Assembly: GCA_044229975.1 (NCBI GenBank)
Contig: JBGARZ010000001.1
Location: forward strand, 672,001 to 736,000
DNA from: Polyangiales bacterium
Lineage (GTDB): Bacteria; Myxococcota_A; Polyangia; Polyangiales; Ga0077539
DNA length: 64,000 nt
Direction of reading: 5' to 3'
Below are positions 11,737-22,029 of this stretch, in pieces. The stretch's first letter is position 1; the number at the start of each line of letters is the position of its first letter. Made by a program: the position numbers and the translations under genes. Below the pieces are notes generated by a model. That model saw nothing but the letters and a program-made list of their open reading frames with translations. It did not search any database and was not told the DNA's origin.

Positions 11737-12573
11737 GTGCCCCACCTCAACGAGCAGCGTCGCGGCAGTCGGGTGGTGGTCCACGTGCCCACGTCGTTGC
11801 GCGGCGTGGCGGTGATTCGCACGACCAACAGCGGCGAGCTCCTGCGCGCGCTCCCCGAGAGCTTCTCCAGCGTCCTGCAGATCGGCGGTCGCGCGGAGTG
11901 GACGATGCGCGGTGCGGCGTGGTCGAGCGCACCCGGGATGGTCAGCGTGAAGATCCCGGGCGAGGTCTACGCCGAGCGCAAGCGGGACGGCGTCGGCCGT
12001 TGCCAGGTCGTGAAGTTCGACGACTCGCTGGTCGAGGATGTGCGCTTTGCTCTCGGCCGCCACCTCGGCGCACCAGCGGACCACGCGATGGACGGCCGCG
12101 ACCCGCGCGTCGCCGCGCTCGCGACGTTGCACAGGCGCCTCCTCGACGACGATGCAACGCCGGCGGCATTGGAGCAGGGCCTCTGCGAAGCGCTCACGGC
12201 GCTCGTCGAGCTGACGAGCGTGGAGCGCGGTGCTCGCCGCATCCCGAGCGCATCGACCGCGGCCGTGGCCCGCGCTCGCGCGATGCTCGAAGAGCGACTC
12301 ACGGAGGCGGTCACGCTCGACGAGCTGGCAGCGCACGCGCGCCTCGACAAGTACCGTCTGTGCCGGGCCTTTCGCGACGAGCTCGGCCTGCCGCCACACG
12401 CGTACGTCACGCACCGTCGCATCGGTCGCGCGCAGGGTCTGCTCGCCCGTGGGCTCTCGCAGGGCGAGGTCGCGGCGCGCGTCGGGTTGTACGACCAGAG
12501 CCAGTTGCACCGGCACTTCAAGCGCATCGTCGGGGTCACGCCGGGCGCGTATGCGCGCGCCGTTCGCGGGTGA
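11737..12573 (+). CDS. AraC family transcriptional regulator
   Basis: C-terminal HTH LDELAAHA...FRDELGLPPHAY...GLYDQSQLHRHFKRIVGVTPGAY; start uncertain (11650 or 11737). Confidence 0.9.
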   Translation: MPHLNEQRRGSRVVVHVPTSLRGVAVIRTTNSGELLRALPESFSSVLQIGGRAEWTMRGAAWSSAPGMVSVKIPGEVYAERKRDGVGRCQVVKFDDSLVEDVRFALGRHLGAPADHAMDGRDPRVAALATLHRRLLDDDATPAALEQGLCEALTALVELTSVERGARRIPSASTAAVARARAMLEERLTEAVTLDELAAHARLDKYRLCRAFRDELGLPPHAYVTHRRIGRAQGLLARGLSQGEVAARVGLYDQSQLHRHFKRIVGVTPGAYARAVRG

Positions 12574-12594
12574 CGTCGGTAGACTCGGCGCACC

Positions 12595-12882
12595 ATGCCG
12601 AAGGCCCACCATGCGAGCGAGGTCCGCGCCTTTACCGACATCCCCAACGTGGGCAAGGCGATGACGCGGGACTTCCAACTGCTCGGCTTCCAGACGCCGC
12701 AAGCGCTCGCGGGTCAGGACGCCTTCAAGCTCTACCAGCGGCTCTCGAAGCTCACCGCGACGCGGCAGGACCCGTGCGTGCTCGACACCTTCATGGCGGT
12801 GGTCGACTTCATGGACGGCGGAACCCCGAAGGCGTGGTGGGAGTTCACCGAAGCGCGCAAGAAGCGGCACCCGGACCTGTGA
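12595..12882 (+). CDS. Cdd1/pathogenicity-locus family helix-hairpin-helix protein
   Basis: IPNVGKAM...DPCVLDTFMAVV...WWEFT pattern. Confidence 0.8.
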   Translation: MPKAHHASEVRAFTDIPNVGKAMTRDFQLLGFQTPQALAGQDAFKLYQRLSKLTATRQDPCVLDTFMAVVDFMDGGTPKAWWEFTEARKKRHPDL

Positions 12883-12927
12883 AGGCACACGTCTGGAAGG
12901 CTCTCGTGAGCTGACGTACGATCACGG

Positions 12928-13806
12928 GTGATGGACCCGAAACCGCCCGCGGGAAGTGTCTGGACCGCCCCCGGTCGTAGGACGGGACCGTTCGGTGAGC
13001 CTCTGGAAGACCAGCGACCGCGCGTCGATGAGCGGCTCGTCGAGCCGGAGTCGCGTTACGAGATCGTGCGCGGCGAGCGCGTCGAGGCGTCGCCGTCGTT
13101 GCCCGATCACGCTGACCCGCACATCCAGCTCGACGCCGTGGTCTTCGCGCACCTGCGCCCCGGCTGGCGCGGCGCCACCGACCTGTTGACCCGCGCCCAG
13201 GAGCAGTCGGACTTTGCCACCGACACCAGTGTGCGGCGCGAGGGCGTCGACCCGTCGACGGGCGCCCGCTACCTGGAGGAAATCGCCTTCGAAGTGGTCA
13301 ACCCCCAGCGCGCGGGCGACCTCACCTCGAAGGCGCAGGACCTCGTCGCGCGAGGCGTCCGTCGGGTGTTCGCGCTGTGGCCGCGGCAGAAGCGCGTCTG
13401 CGAGTGGCGCCATGGTCTGTGGGAGGTGCTTCCGATCGCGGGCGCCATCGACGACCCGTGCTTCGCGCGACCGATCCCGGTGCAGGCGCTGCTCGACGCG
13501 TCGAGCGCCGACGACGCGATGGCCGAGGCGCTCCTCGCGCGCGGAAACTCGCGACTCGCCGCCGTCATCGCGGCGGCGGCGCAGACCGGCGAGACACGCG
13601 GAGAGGCACGCGGAGAGGCGCGCGGAGAGGCGCGCGGGCGGGCCGAGGCGTTGTTGATGATGCTGGAGGCGCGCGGGCTTCCCATCGAAGACTCGGCGCG
13701 GGCTCGCATCTTGAGGTGTGATGACCCGACGGTGCTCGCGGCGTGGATCGGCCGCGCCCTGTCGGCGGCGAGCGTCGCCGACGTACTCGCCGACGCCACC
13801 CCCTGA
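12928..13806 (+). CDS. Uma2-like PD-(D/E)xK nuclease-domain protein with GEAR-repeat helical tail
   Basis: RYEIVRGE..SP..PDH, FATD, EIAFEVV, GVRRVF; tail (GEAR)n...LEARG...WIGRALSA. Confidence 0.75.
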   Translation: MMDPKPPAGSVWTAPGRRTGPFGEPLEDQRPRVDERLVEPESRYEIVRGERVEASPSLPDHADPHIQLDAVVFAHLRPGWRGATDLLTRAQEQSDFATDTSVRREGVDPSTGARYLEEIAFEVVNPQRAGDLTSKAQDLVARGVRRVFALWPRQKRVCEWRHGLWEVLPIAGAIDDPCFARPIPVQALLDASSADDAMAEALLARGNSRLAAVIAAAAQTGETRGEARGEARGEARGRAEALLMMLEARGLPIEDSARARILRCDDPTVLAAWIGRALSAASVADVLADATP

Positions 13807-14010
13807 TCGAGGGACCCTACCGCGCTGCCCGCGACAGCCTCCCTCACACGCGAGTTGCCCCGTTGCGCGCGCCGCGACGGCCTCCCTCCGCCTACATCCC
13901 CCGCCCATTGCTCGCGGCCCCACTGGATTTCGATCGAGTCGACCGGGACCGCCCCGCGAGACTCCCACCTGCCGCGGCGCCCGATCACGCCCCGCCCCCG
14001 GAACCCGCCG

Positions 14011-14919
14011 TCAGACCGCCGTAAACACCTCGTCGAGCGACACCTGCAGCACCCGCGCGTCGGCGTAGCGCGTCGCGAGATCCCGATCGAGGCACCGCTT
14101 GATCACCGCCCACGCGCCCGCGCGCACCAGCCCCTGTGCGGCCAGCGACTCGGGCTCCTTCGAGGCGATCTCCACCATGATGCCGTAGAGCGTCTGCGCG
14201 CCGATGCCGAAGGGCGCCTTGCCCGCGATCATCTCGTACAGGATCACCCCGAGCGCCCACACGTCCGTCCGCGCGTCGACGTTGCGGGCGTTCATGAACG
14301 ACTCCGGGGACATGTACGCGGGCGTCCCCATGATGTCCGACGAGCCGGTGAGCCGCGCGTCGCTGAGCTGCGCCGTCCCGAAGTCCAGCACCTTGGCGAT
14401 CGGGCGACCGTCGCCCTCGACCATGAAGATGTTCTCGGGCTTCAAGTCGCGATGCACCACGCCCGCTTCATGGGCGCAGGCCACTGCGTCGATCACGGGC
14501 ATCAAGAGCGCGAAGGCTTCGACCGCCGACACGCGATGCCCCGGAATCTGATCGAGGTACGCATCGAGCGTCTCGCCGCGGAGAAACTCCTGCACCGTGA
14601 AGAAGCGCCCCGAGTCGCGGTCGCGCCCGACGTCCACGCAGTCGACCACGTTGGGGTGGATCTTCCCGCCGAGGCGCACGCGGTTGGCGATCTGCGCCTC
14701 GCGCACGAAGCGCTGGAGGGCCATCTCGCGGTTTTCGCCCTCGTAGTGGAACACCTTCACGGCGCACTCGCGGCCGGCCCACACGTTGGTCGCGCGGTAC
14801 ACCGCCCCGGTCGCGCCCGCCCCCAGGAACGAATCCAGACGGTACTTCCCGTCGATGAGCGAACCCACCCTGGCCGCGCACAGCTTCGCGAGCTGGCTTG
14901 CGTCGTTGGCCTTCAACAT
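14011..14919 (-). CDS. Eukaryotic-like Ser/Thr protein kinase (kinase domain only)
   Basis: GAGATG, AVK, HRDLKPEN, DFG, GTPAYMSPE, DVWALG. Confidence 0.95.
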   Translation of the reverse strand: MLKANDASQLAKLCAARVGSLIDGKYRLDSFLGAGATGAVYRATNVWAGRECAVKVFHYEGENREMALQRFVREAQIANRVRLGGKIHPNVVDCVDVGRDRDSGRFFTVQEFLRGETLDAYLDQIPGHRVSAVEAFALLMPVIDAVACAHEAGVVHRDLKPENIFMVEGDGRPIAKVLDFGTAQLSDARLTGSSDIMGTPAYMSPESFMNARNVDARTDVWALGVILYEMIAGKAPFGIGAQTLYGIMVEIASKEPESLAAQGLVRAGAWAVIKRCLDRDLATRYADARVLQVSLDEVFTAV

Positions 14920-14941
14920 CCCGGCACCACTGTCTCGGACA

Positions 14942-16213
14942 CTACACCGTCAGGTGGGCGTTCAACAGGGCGATCAACCGCGGGTGATCGTCAGCCGCAG
15001 CGCACTCGCGCGCCGAGTGCATCGACAGCATCGGGTTGCCGAGGTCGACCACAGGCATCCCGAGCCGCGACGCGCAGATGGGCCCGATGGTCGAGCCACA
15101 CCCGATGTCCGTGCGGGTGACGAAGTCCTGAAGCGTGACACCCACCTTGTCGGCCATGACCCGCAGCGCCGCCGCGGTCCCCGCGCTCGACCCGTACCGA
15201 AGATTGAAGTTGGTCTTGAGCACGGGCCCACCACCGAGGGTCGGCTTGTGCCGCGGCTCATGCTTGTCGCCGTAGTTGGGGTGCGCCGCGTGGGCCATGT
15301 CCGCCGACAACATCAAGCTCGACGCGATGGACGCGTGCCAGGCGCTGCGGGTGAGGCCGCGCTCCGTGGCGATGCGCTCCAGCACCACGGAGAGCAGGGT
15401 CCCGTCGGCGCCGTCGAGGCTCGACGAGCCGACCTCTTCGTGGTCGAAGCACGCGAGCACGCCGCAGGTGTCATCGCGCCCCACCTCCGCGGCCTCCATC
15501 GCGGCGAGCCCCGCGTGGGAGCACGCGAGGTTGTCGAGCCGCGGCGCGAACACCAGCGACTCGTCGAGGCCACCGAGCGCCGATGGGGTGAGGTCGTAGA
15601 GCGAGACGTCGTGCGCGCGGATGGCCTTGGCGTCGACCCCGGCGGCGTCGGCGAGCAGTGCGAAGAGGGCCTCTGGCGCGTCGAGCCCGTTGCGCGCGAG
15701 CCCCCAGGTGGGCGCGAGGTGGAGCTGCGGGTTGAGCTTGAGCCCGTCGGTGTTGACCCCGCGATCGAGGTGGATGGCGAGCTGCGAGACACGCGCGATG
15801 GGGCGATGAACGCGCAGCGGGTGGGCCACGCCATCGTGGGTGAACACCACGCCGGCGAGGCCGAGGTCGCGGTCGAGCCAGGAGTTCCAGAGGGCTCCAC
15901 CGTAGACCTCGACGCCGAGCTGGAGGCAGCCCTCCGAGGTGTACGCCGCGCGTGGTTTGAGCCGGAGGTTGGGCGAGTCGGTGTGGGCGCCGACGACGGC
16001 GAAGCGCTTGAGGGCGCCGCCGCGCAACCGCCACGCGATGACGGTTCCGTTGCGGTGGACGAACCAGTTACCGGGTTCGAGGTCCCACGACGGGGCGGTG
16101 AGGTCGAGGCGGCGGAAGCCTGCCGCGACGAGGCGGTCGGCGAGGGTGTAGGCGGCATGCCAGGGCGACGGCGAGGCGTCGACGAAGGCGCAGAGGTCGC
16201 GAGCGGCGTGCAT
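14942..16213 (-). CDS. apeB: M18 family aspartyl aminopeptidase
   Basis: SPSPWHA, GAHTDSP, RLDNL, DHEEVGS, DMAHAAHPNY, CGSTIGP, LSMHSARE. Confidence 0.92.
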   Translation of the reverse strand: MHAARDLCAFVDASPSPWHAAYTLADRLVAAGFRRLDLTAPSWDLEPGNWFVHRNGTVIAWRLRGGALKRFAVVGAHTDSPNLRLKPRAAYTSEGCLQLGVEVYGGALWNSWLDRDLGLAGVVFTHDGVAHPLRVHRPIARVSQLAIHLDRGVNTDGLKLNPQLHLAPTWGLARNGLDAPEALFALLADAAGVDAKAIRAHDVSLYDLTPSALGGLDESLVFAPRLDNLACSHAGLAAMEAAEVGRDDTCGVLACFDHEEVGSSSLDGADGTLLSVVLERIATERGLTRSAWHASIASSLMLSADMAHAAHPNYGDKHEPRHKPTLGGGPVLKTNFNLRYGSSAGTAAALRVMADKVGVTLQDFVTRTDIGCGSTIGPICASRLGMPVVDLGNPMLSMHSARECAAADDHPRLIALLNAHLTV

Positions 16214-16335
16214 GGGTTGGTAGGGGGAGGAGAAACCAGCGCGGGGTGTGACTTGTCAACGTCGACCGTCAAGACGGGCTTTGCGTCGCGGGGACTACCC
16301 GTTAGTGTCGCTCTCCTCCCGCCCGAATCCACCGC

Positions 16336-16815
16336 GTGATGAACGAACAACTCGACCACGTCCACTCGGGTCTCCTCCGCGACGCCGAGGCGCGGCGTGA
16401 GGTGCTGGCTCTCTGCGAGGGTGTTCGCGAGGCGATGGAGGCGGTCGACGGCGCCCGCCTGCTCGACGACGACACGCCCGAGATCGCCCTCGACGCGCTC
16501 TCCCGCTGGAGCGACGGCTACGCGAGCACCGAAGAGCTCGACGGGCTGGTGCATCAGCTCAGCGGTCGTGCGCGCTCGATGCAGGACGAGGCATCGGGTG
16601 CCGCGCCCGCGCTGGTGGCGCTGGTGCACGCCGTCGACTCGGTGGCGCGGGTGGCGAAGGACGTAGCGTCGGCGGAGGGTCGTCCCGTGGCGGTCGACCG
16701 CACCGCGCTGTGGTGGGCCGAGACCGCGCTCGAACTGCTGGGTGAAGCGGCGGACGCGGCCGTGGCCCGGGTGGCCATGCGCTGGGACGCTGCGCTCCGA
16801 CAACGCGAGCACTGA
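16336..16815 (+). CDS. Hypothetical helical protein
   Basis: Fills the intergenic space with normal GC3 bias; no motif recognised. Confidence 0.55.
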   Translation: MMNEQLDHVHSGLLRDAEARREVLALCEGVREAMEAVDGARLLDDDTPEIALDALSRWSDGYASTEELDGLVHQLSGRARSMQDEASGAAPALVALVHAVDSVARVAKDVASAEGRPVAVDRTALWWAETALELLGEAADAAVARVAMRWDAALRQREH

Positions 16816-16819
16816 CCCG

Positions 16820-17857
16820 GTGCCTTCGCGGCGACGAGGGCTGACGGCGGCGGCGACGCTCGCCGGGTTGCTGGCGATGGCCCCCGCGGTGAGCGCGCAG
16901 AGTCTCGGCACCGAGCCGTTGCCACCGGCCCCCAGCGACGCGGCCTGGGAGCGCGCGGTGCTCGACCAGGTGACGTCGCTCCTTGGTAGTGGTCGAGCGA
17001 GCGACGCGAGGTCGCTGGCGGAGGGAGAGCTCCGTCGGAGGCGGGAGAGCGTCGACGGATACTCGACGCTCGCGGTGCTCCTGCGGGTGGCGCGGACGAT
17101 GGAGGGCGTCGCGCCCACGGCGACGCTGCCGCCGCCCACGCTGGCGCCGCGGCGCGATCGCTACGAGGCGGTGACGCTCTACGGGAGCACCATCGTGTAC
17201 GGGGCGGCGGTGGGTCTGTGGGTCGACGCGCTCGCGGGCCTCGACCGGCCCGAGACGGCGCCGTGGCTCCCGGCGGTCGGCGCAGCGGCCGGGGCGGTGA
17301 CGGCGTGGGCGATCGACCGGAGGCCGGTGCGGGCGGGCCTCGGGGCGGCGGTCAATGCGGGGCTGGTCGCGGGCACGCTCGCGGGCGCCGGGCTCGCGCT
17401 GGAGCTGACCGGGGGCGCGCCGTGGGGGGAGGTTCCGCTGGCGTCGTCGGCGATGCTGGGCGGGATGACGCTGGGTCTGGGGCTCGGGGTCGCGCTCGGG
17501 CTCGGGGTGCAACCGCGGCCGGGGACGGGGTCGTTCGTGGTGTCGGGGTCGGTGTGGGGCACGGCGCTGGGTCTCGTGACGGGCATCGCGGCGCAGTCCG
17601 ACGAGCACCTCGGGGTGTTCGCGCTGTCGGGCACGGTGCTGGGGACGGCCGCGGCGATGATCACCGCGGGCGCGCTGGAGCCGACCCCGGCGCAGACCCG
17701 ATGGCTCGACCTCGGCGCGCTCGGGGGCGGACTGCTGGGCTTCGGTCTGGGTCTGCTGCTCTTCGAGGCGGCGGCCCCACCTGCCGCGCGGATGGCGGTG
17801 ACCGAGCTGGGGATCATCGGCGGAGGGGTTGCGGGCTTCATGTTTGGTCGCAGATGA
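16820..17857 (+). CDS. Hypothetical Gly-rich membrane protein with signal peptide
   Basis: Signal peptide ending AVSA-Q, repeated GxxxG hydrophobic helices. Confidence 0.6.
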   Translation: MPSRRRGLTAAATLAGLLAMAPAVSAQSLGTEPLPPAPSDAAWERAVLDQVTSLLGSGRASDARSLAEGELRRRRESVDGYSTLAVLLRVARTMEGVAPTATLPPPTLAPRRDRYEAVTLYGSTIVYGAAVGLWVDALAGLDRPETAPWLPAVGAAAGAVTAWAIDRRPVRAGLGAAVNAGLVAGTLAGAGLALELTGGAPWGEVPLASSAMLGGMTLGLGLGVALGLGVQPRPGTGSFVVSGSVWGTALGLVTGIAAQSDEHLGVFALSGTVLGTAAAMITAGALEPTPAQTRWLDLGALGGGLLGFGLGLLLFEAAAPPAARMAVTELGIIGGGVAGFMFGRR

Positions 17858-17974
17858 GCGACATGGCTCCGACCGTCGACGTCATGGTCGCGATGAATGC
17901 ACCGCCCCCCAACGGACACCCATCCTCCGGCGACCGAGACGATGACCCACCGGCCCGTCGGCTCGCGCGCAGCG

Positions 17975-18002
17975 TTGACATCTTGGTGATGGTCGGTAGA
18001 GT
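17975..18002 (+). promoter_or_regulatory. Sigma70-type promoter TTGACA-N16-TAGAGT
   Basis: Consensus -35, near-consensus -10, followed by GGAAGGA RBS and the start at 18042/18045. Confidence 0.55.
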
Positions 18003-18041
18003 GGCGGCCCTGATTCCTCAGGGTCGTAGGAAGGATGACGC

Positions 18042-18626
18042 GTGATGATTCTAGCGGTACGACGGGTTGCGTTCGGTGCGGTGCTCGCACTCGGACTCTC
18101 CGTAGGGGGTGCCGACGCGCAGACGGTGACGCCTCAGGCGCGACCCGACGCAGAGGTCGGCAGTCGGCGCACGGCGAACCTCTCGGGAGCTGATCAGCTT
18201 CGCGAGGCTACTTCGACCATGGACTCGATCACGGGGTCGCGCCGTCGGGTGAGTGACCTCCTCGATCGGGCTCGCACCGACCGGGACATCATCAAGGTCA
18301 ACTGCCTCAACGACAAGCTGACCCAGGTCGACGTGACGCTGCGCTCCGCGCGCGAGCACCAGGAGCTGCTGCAGAACGCGGTGGGGCTCAACAACGACGG
18401 GCAGCGCAACCACGAGTTCCAGCTGATGAACATCTTCCGATCGCGGTCGGAGGTGTTGGAGACCGAGGCACGGCAGTGCATCGGCGAGGAGACGGGCACC
18501 TTCGATCCGACGCGCACGGTGCTCCGGGTGACGATCGATCCGAGCATCCCCGAAGAGGACCCGACACAGTTGACGCCGGACTCGCTCGCCCCCGAGCGGC
18601 CGTTGGTCACCAGCCCGGTCCTGTGA
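18042..18626 (+). CDS. Secreted helical protein with two Cys, upstream of a beta-barrel gene
   Basis: Signal peptide (ADA-Q), DIIKVNCLNDKL and EARQCIGEE. Confidence 0.7.
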   Translation: MMILAVRRVAFGAVLALGLSVGGADAQTVTPQARPDAEVGSRRTANLSGADQLREATSTMDSITGSRRRVSDLLDRARTDRDIIKVNCLNDKLTQVDVTLRSAREHQELLQNAVGLNNDGQRNHEFQLMNIFRSRSEVLETEARQCIGEETGTFDPTRTVLRVTIDPSIPEEDPTQLTPDSLAPERPLVTSPVL

Positions 18627-18687
18627 CGGCTCGTGGGGTGGTTGGGTTCGGATCGGTGGAGCCTTCGCGGAAAACGGGTTGGGAACG

Positions 18688-20049
18688 ATGAATCGTAGAT
18701 CGCTGGCAGCGCTCGCGGCGGGCATGGTGTTTGGTCTCGCAGCGCCCGCTTCGGCGCAGGTCTGGCTGCAAGACCGGCAGCTCACGCAGGGTCGCGGCAT
18801 CCGCGCCGGCAACTTCGAGCTCCACCCCGGAGTCGGCGCGGAGTTCGGGTACGACTCCAACGTCTTCTACTCGCCCGCCCTCCCGGTCAGCGCGCTCCGG
18901 CTGCGCGTGACCCCGAGCTTCACCGTCAACAGCCTGGGGCCGCAGCGCAGCGCCAACTCCGACGCCCCGGCGACGGCCCTCCCCACGGTCAACTTCCGCG
19001 GCGGCGTGGCGCTCATCTACCACGAGTTCATCTCGCTCGACTCGACCCGCTCGACGAGCAACCTCCGCAACCTCGGCGTCGAGGGCAACCTCCGCTTCGA
19101 GTTCTTCCCGGGGCGCACGTGGCAGTTCGTGCTGGCCGACGACTTCACCCGCACGATCCAGCCGGGCGCGCAGACCGCCGCTGGTACGGACGTCGACGCG
19201 CTGCCCAACCAGACCTTCAACCGCAACTACAACATGGCGACCGTCGAGCTCGCCTACGCGCCGCCGCGGGGCACGCTGGAGTTTCGCCTCGGCTACAACT
19301 TCATCGCCAACCTCTTCGATAGCGGCAACTACACCTTCTACAACTACCTCGGGCACCAGGCGTATGCGCGCATGCGCTGGCGCTTCCTGCCGAAGACCGC
19401 GTTGATCTGGGAGGGGTCGATCAACCCCACCAGCTACATCAACACCACCGGCGCCACCACGGGGTTGTTCTCGTCGTTTCCGGTGCGGACGCGCGTGGGG
19501 CTCAACGGCCTGCTCACGGAGAAGATCTCGCTGCTCGCCCTCGTGGGCTACGAAGCGACCTTCTTCGACCAGGGCGACAACGCCGACACCGTCATCGGTC
19601 AGGCCGAGCTGCGCTGGCTCATCAACCCAAGGGCCAACCTGCGCTTCGGCTTCAACCGCGACATCCAGAACAGCTTCTTCAGCAACTACTACATCCGCAA
19701 CCGCGGGTACCTGAGCTACTCGCAGTCCTTCAACGGGCGCTTCCTGCTGTCCGTCGAGGGCGGCGTCGGGCTCTACCAGTTCGGCTACCTCGCCACCACC
19801 TCCGGCGGCGTCAGCCGGGCGGGCTCTGGCTTCGACGCCGACGGTCGCTACTCCGCCGTGCGCGTCGACGGCACCGTGTTTGGCGAGTACCGCGTGAGCG
19901 AGGTGTTTGGCATCAACGCCACGCTCCGCGCGCTCTCCAACATCTCCGACGCGCGGCTCGGCACCAGCACCGGCCTCGACGGCCAGCCCGGCCAGTCCGT
20001 TGCGTGGACGCGCTTCGAGGCCTTCCTCGGCGTCCGCGCTGCCTGGTAG
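18688..20049 (+). CDS. Outer-membrane beta-barrel, BBP2/DUF2320 (Wzp/EpsX-like) family
   Basis: Signal peptide, GIRAGNFELHPGVGAEFGYDSNVF N-terminal signature, alternating strands, C-terminal Trp. Confidence 0.7.
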   Translation: MNRRSLAALAAGMVFGLAAPASAQVWLQDRQLTQGRGIRAGNFELHPGVGAEFGYDSNVFYSPALPVSALRLRVTPSFTVNSLGPQRSANSDAPATALPTVNFRGGVALIYHEFISLDSTRSTSNLRNLGVEGNLRFEFFPGRTWQFVLADDFTRTIQPGAQTAAGTDVDALPNQTFNRNYNMATVELAYAPPRGTLEFRLGYNFIANLFDSGNYTFYNYLGHQAYARMRWRFLPKTALIWEGSINPTSYINTTGATTGLFSSFPVRTRVGLNGLLTEKISLLALVGYEATFFDQGDNADTVIGQAELRWLINPRANLRFGFNRDIQNSFFSNYYIRNRGYLSYSQSFNGRFLLSVEGGVGLYQFGYLATTSGGVSRAGSGFDADGRYSAVRVDGTVFGEYRVSEVFGINATLRALSNISDARLGTSTGLDGQPGQSVAWTRFEAFLGVRAAW

Positions 20050-20144
20050 TCCTTCTCCCCTCCCCTGACATCCTCTCTGGTTGCCCGGTCGCTCCTGCGC
20101 GGGGCGTGACAACCTGCGCGATCCGATGCTAGGCAGCCGCGGCG

Positions 20145-22007
20145 ATGAAGACCCGCTACGCCCTCGCGCTCCTTTGCATCCTCGGCTGCAACAAGCCCCC
20201 CCCCGTCACCGCCCGCGCGGACGTCCCGGCGACCCACGCCGACGCCGCGGTCGAGGCCGCCGACCTGACGGTGCCGGAGGTTCCCGGAGCGGCGCTGCTC
20301 GCTCTGCGAGGCAGCAACCTCCGCAAGGTGCTGGGGCTCGTCGCGCCGGGCGTCCCGACCCGCGTCGCGCTCGGCCAGGTCGCGCCGGGGCTCTCGCCCG
20401 GCATCGGCGAACACGGCGTCGACATCGACCCCGACGCTCCCTTCTCGGCCATCTTCGCGACGGTCGGTGACGGCACCAGCGGGCGGGTCGTTCCCATCAT
20501 CGCGTGGCCCATCCGCCCTGGGATGGAGGTCGTTCGCGAGGCGCAGGCGGGGCACGGGTATCGCGACACGGGCGGCGGGCTGTACGAGCCCACCGGCACG
20601 GCGCGCGACGTCCTCAACGCGGCCGACGGTGGCGCCGCGGGTGCCCCGTGCTGGGTCGCCCGGCGCGCGTCGGCGGGCTGGCTGATGCTCTGCGGTCCCA
20701 CCGAGCACGTGCGGCCGCTCTCGCGCTGGCTCATCCGTGCCGCTTCGAGCGCGCCGGCCAACAGCGCCCTCCTCGACGCCGTCGTGCGACCGCAGTCGGT
20801 GCGGCAGCTCCTCGACACGCAGCTCGCGGCGCTCGAAGCGCAAGACCCGCGTCGCCACGACGCCGGCACCAACCGCCCGCTCGTGGCCCAGTACGAGGCC
20901 GTCCACGAGAGCGCGCAGAACATGAAGCAGCTCTTCACCGACCTCTCCAACGCCCACGCCGCGCTCGTGCTCGACGAGGCCAACTACCACCTGCGCGCCG
21001 AGGTCGAGTTCGCCAACGCCACGGGCGCCAGCACCCGCGCCATCGTCGGCTCGTCCGTCGGACAGCGCGCCGCGCTCGACCTGCTGCGCCGCCTCCCGGC
21101 CAGCGCCACGGCCTACTTCGCGACGGGCTTCGACGTCGCCTCGCTCTCTCCGCTGCTCTCCGAAGATCCGCCCGACCCGCGCCTCGCCGCCGCCTTCGGC
21201 CCCGAGATGGCGCGCTTCCAGGAGGCCCTCAAGCGCCTCACCGGCTTCCGCGATCACGGCCAGCGCGCGATGGGCTTCATCCCCGCCGAGGGCATGTCGC
21301 GCATCGAGATCGTGCGCGTCCCCGGCGCCGCCGCCGCCATCGCCGCCCTTCGCACCAGCGCCACCGCGGTGCCCCGCACGCCGCGTCCCTCCGGGGCCAA
21401 CCCGGCCGACCAGTTCGCCATCCTCCCGTCGCCCGCGGGCATCCCCGCCGGATCGCTCCGCCTGCGCCTCGGGCCCGACCCGGCGCGGCTGCCGCCCAAC
21501 GTCCCCGCCGAGGTGCGCGCCCAGTACCAGCGCACCGTGCTGCTCGTGCCCGACGGCGACACCCTCGTGCTCGTCGACGCGCTCGACCCCGTGGCCCGCT
21601 ACCGCGAGATGCAGTCCGGCGCCCACCTCGCGCCGACCGCGCCCGAAGACCGCGCGGCGCTCATCCACCTCACGCCCGCCGCCCTCATCTCGCTCCTCGG
21701 CGCGCCGCCGCCCGCGGACACCAACAGCACCGACGCCATCGACGGCTCGCTCCAGTCGACGCGCGTGGGCGACACCGGCGCGCGCTTCGAGCTCGACCTC
21801 ACGGCCCCCATCGTGGCCGTCAACAGCGTGCGCGACACCCTCGCGGCGCTCCAGGCCCAGCAGCAGCAGATGATGCAGCAGGCCCGTCAGGCGCAGCAGC
21901 AGGCCATCGCGGCCCAACGACGCATGCAGCAGCAGGGAGGGCGACCGGTTCCGCCGTCGCCGTCGATGCTCCCCGACCCCGACTTCCAGCTTCAGCCGCC
22001 GCGGTAG
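20145..22007 (+). CDS. Hypothetical lipoprotein with Gln-rich C-terminus
   Basis: Lipobox ILGC, typical codon bias. Confidence 0.7.
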   Translation: MKTRYALALLCILGCNKPPPVTARADVPATHADAAVEAADLTVPEVPGAALLALRGSNLRKVLGLVAPGVPTRVALGQVAPGLSPGIGEHGVDIDPDAPFSAIFATVGDGTSGRVVPIIAWPIRPGMEVVREAQAGHGYRDTGGGLYEPTGTARDVLNAADGGAAGAPCWVARRASAGWLMLCGPTEHVRPLSRWLIRAASSAPANSALLDAVVRPQSVRQLLDTQLAALEAQDPRRHDAGTNRPLVAQYEAVHESAQNMKQLFTDLSNAHAALVLDEANYHLRAEVEFANATGASTRAIVGSSVGQRAALDLLRRLPASATAYFATGFDVASLSPLLSEDPPDPRLAAAFGPEMARFQEALKRLTGFRDHGQRAMGFIPAEGMSRIEIVRVPGAAAAIAALRTSATAVPRTPRPSGANPADQFAILPSPAGIPAGSLRLRLGPDPARLPPNVPAEVRAQYQRTVLLVPDGDTLVLVDALDPVARYREMQSGAHLAPTAPEDRAALIHLTPAALISLLGAPPPADTNSTDAIDGSLQSTRVGDTGARFELDLTAPIVAVNSVRDTLAALQAQQQQMMQQARQAQQQAIAAQRRMQQQGGRPVPPSPSMLPDPDFQLQPPR

Positions 22008-22029
22008 CGCGGCGAGCATCTCACCTCCC

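Noticed and set aside
13588..13640. 12-nt tandem repeat (GEAR)n
   Set aside because: A common in-frame helical repeat in Uma2/Rpn-type tails, not a separate element.
13831..13970. Degenerate ~43-nt repeats after the Uma2-like gene
   Set aside because: Only two short matches (GCGAC(A/G)GCCTCCCTC) are convincing, too weak to call an array.
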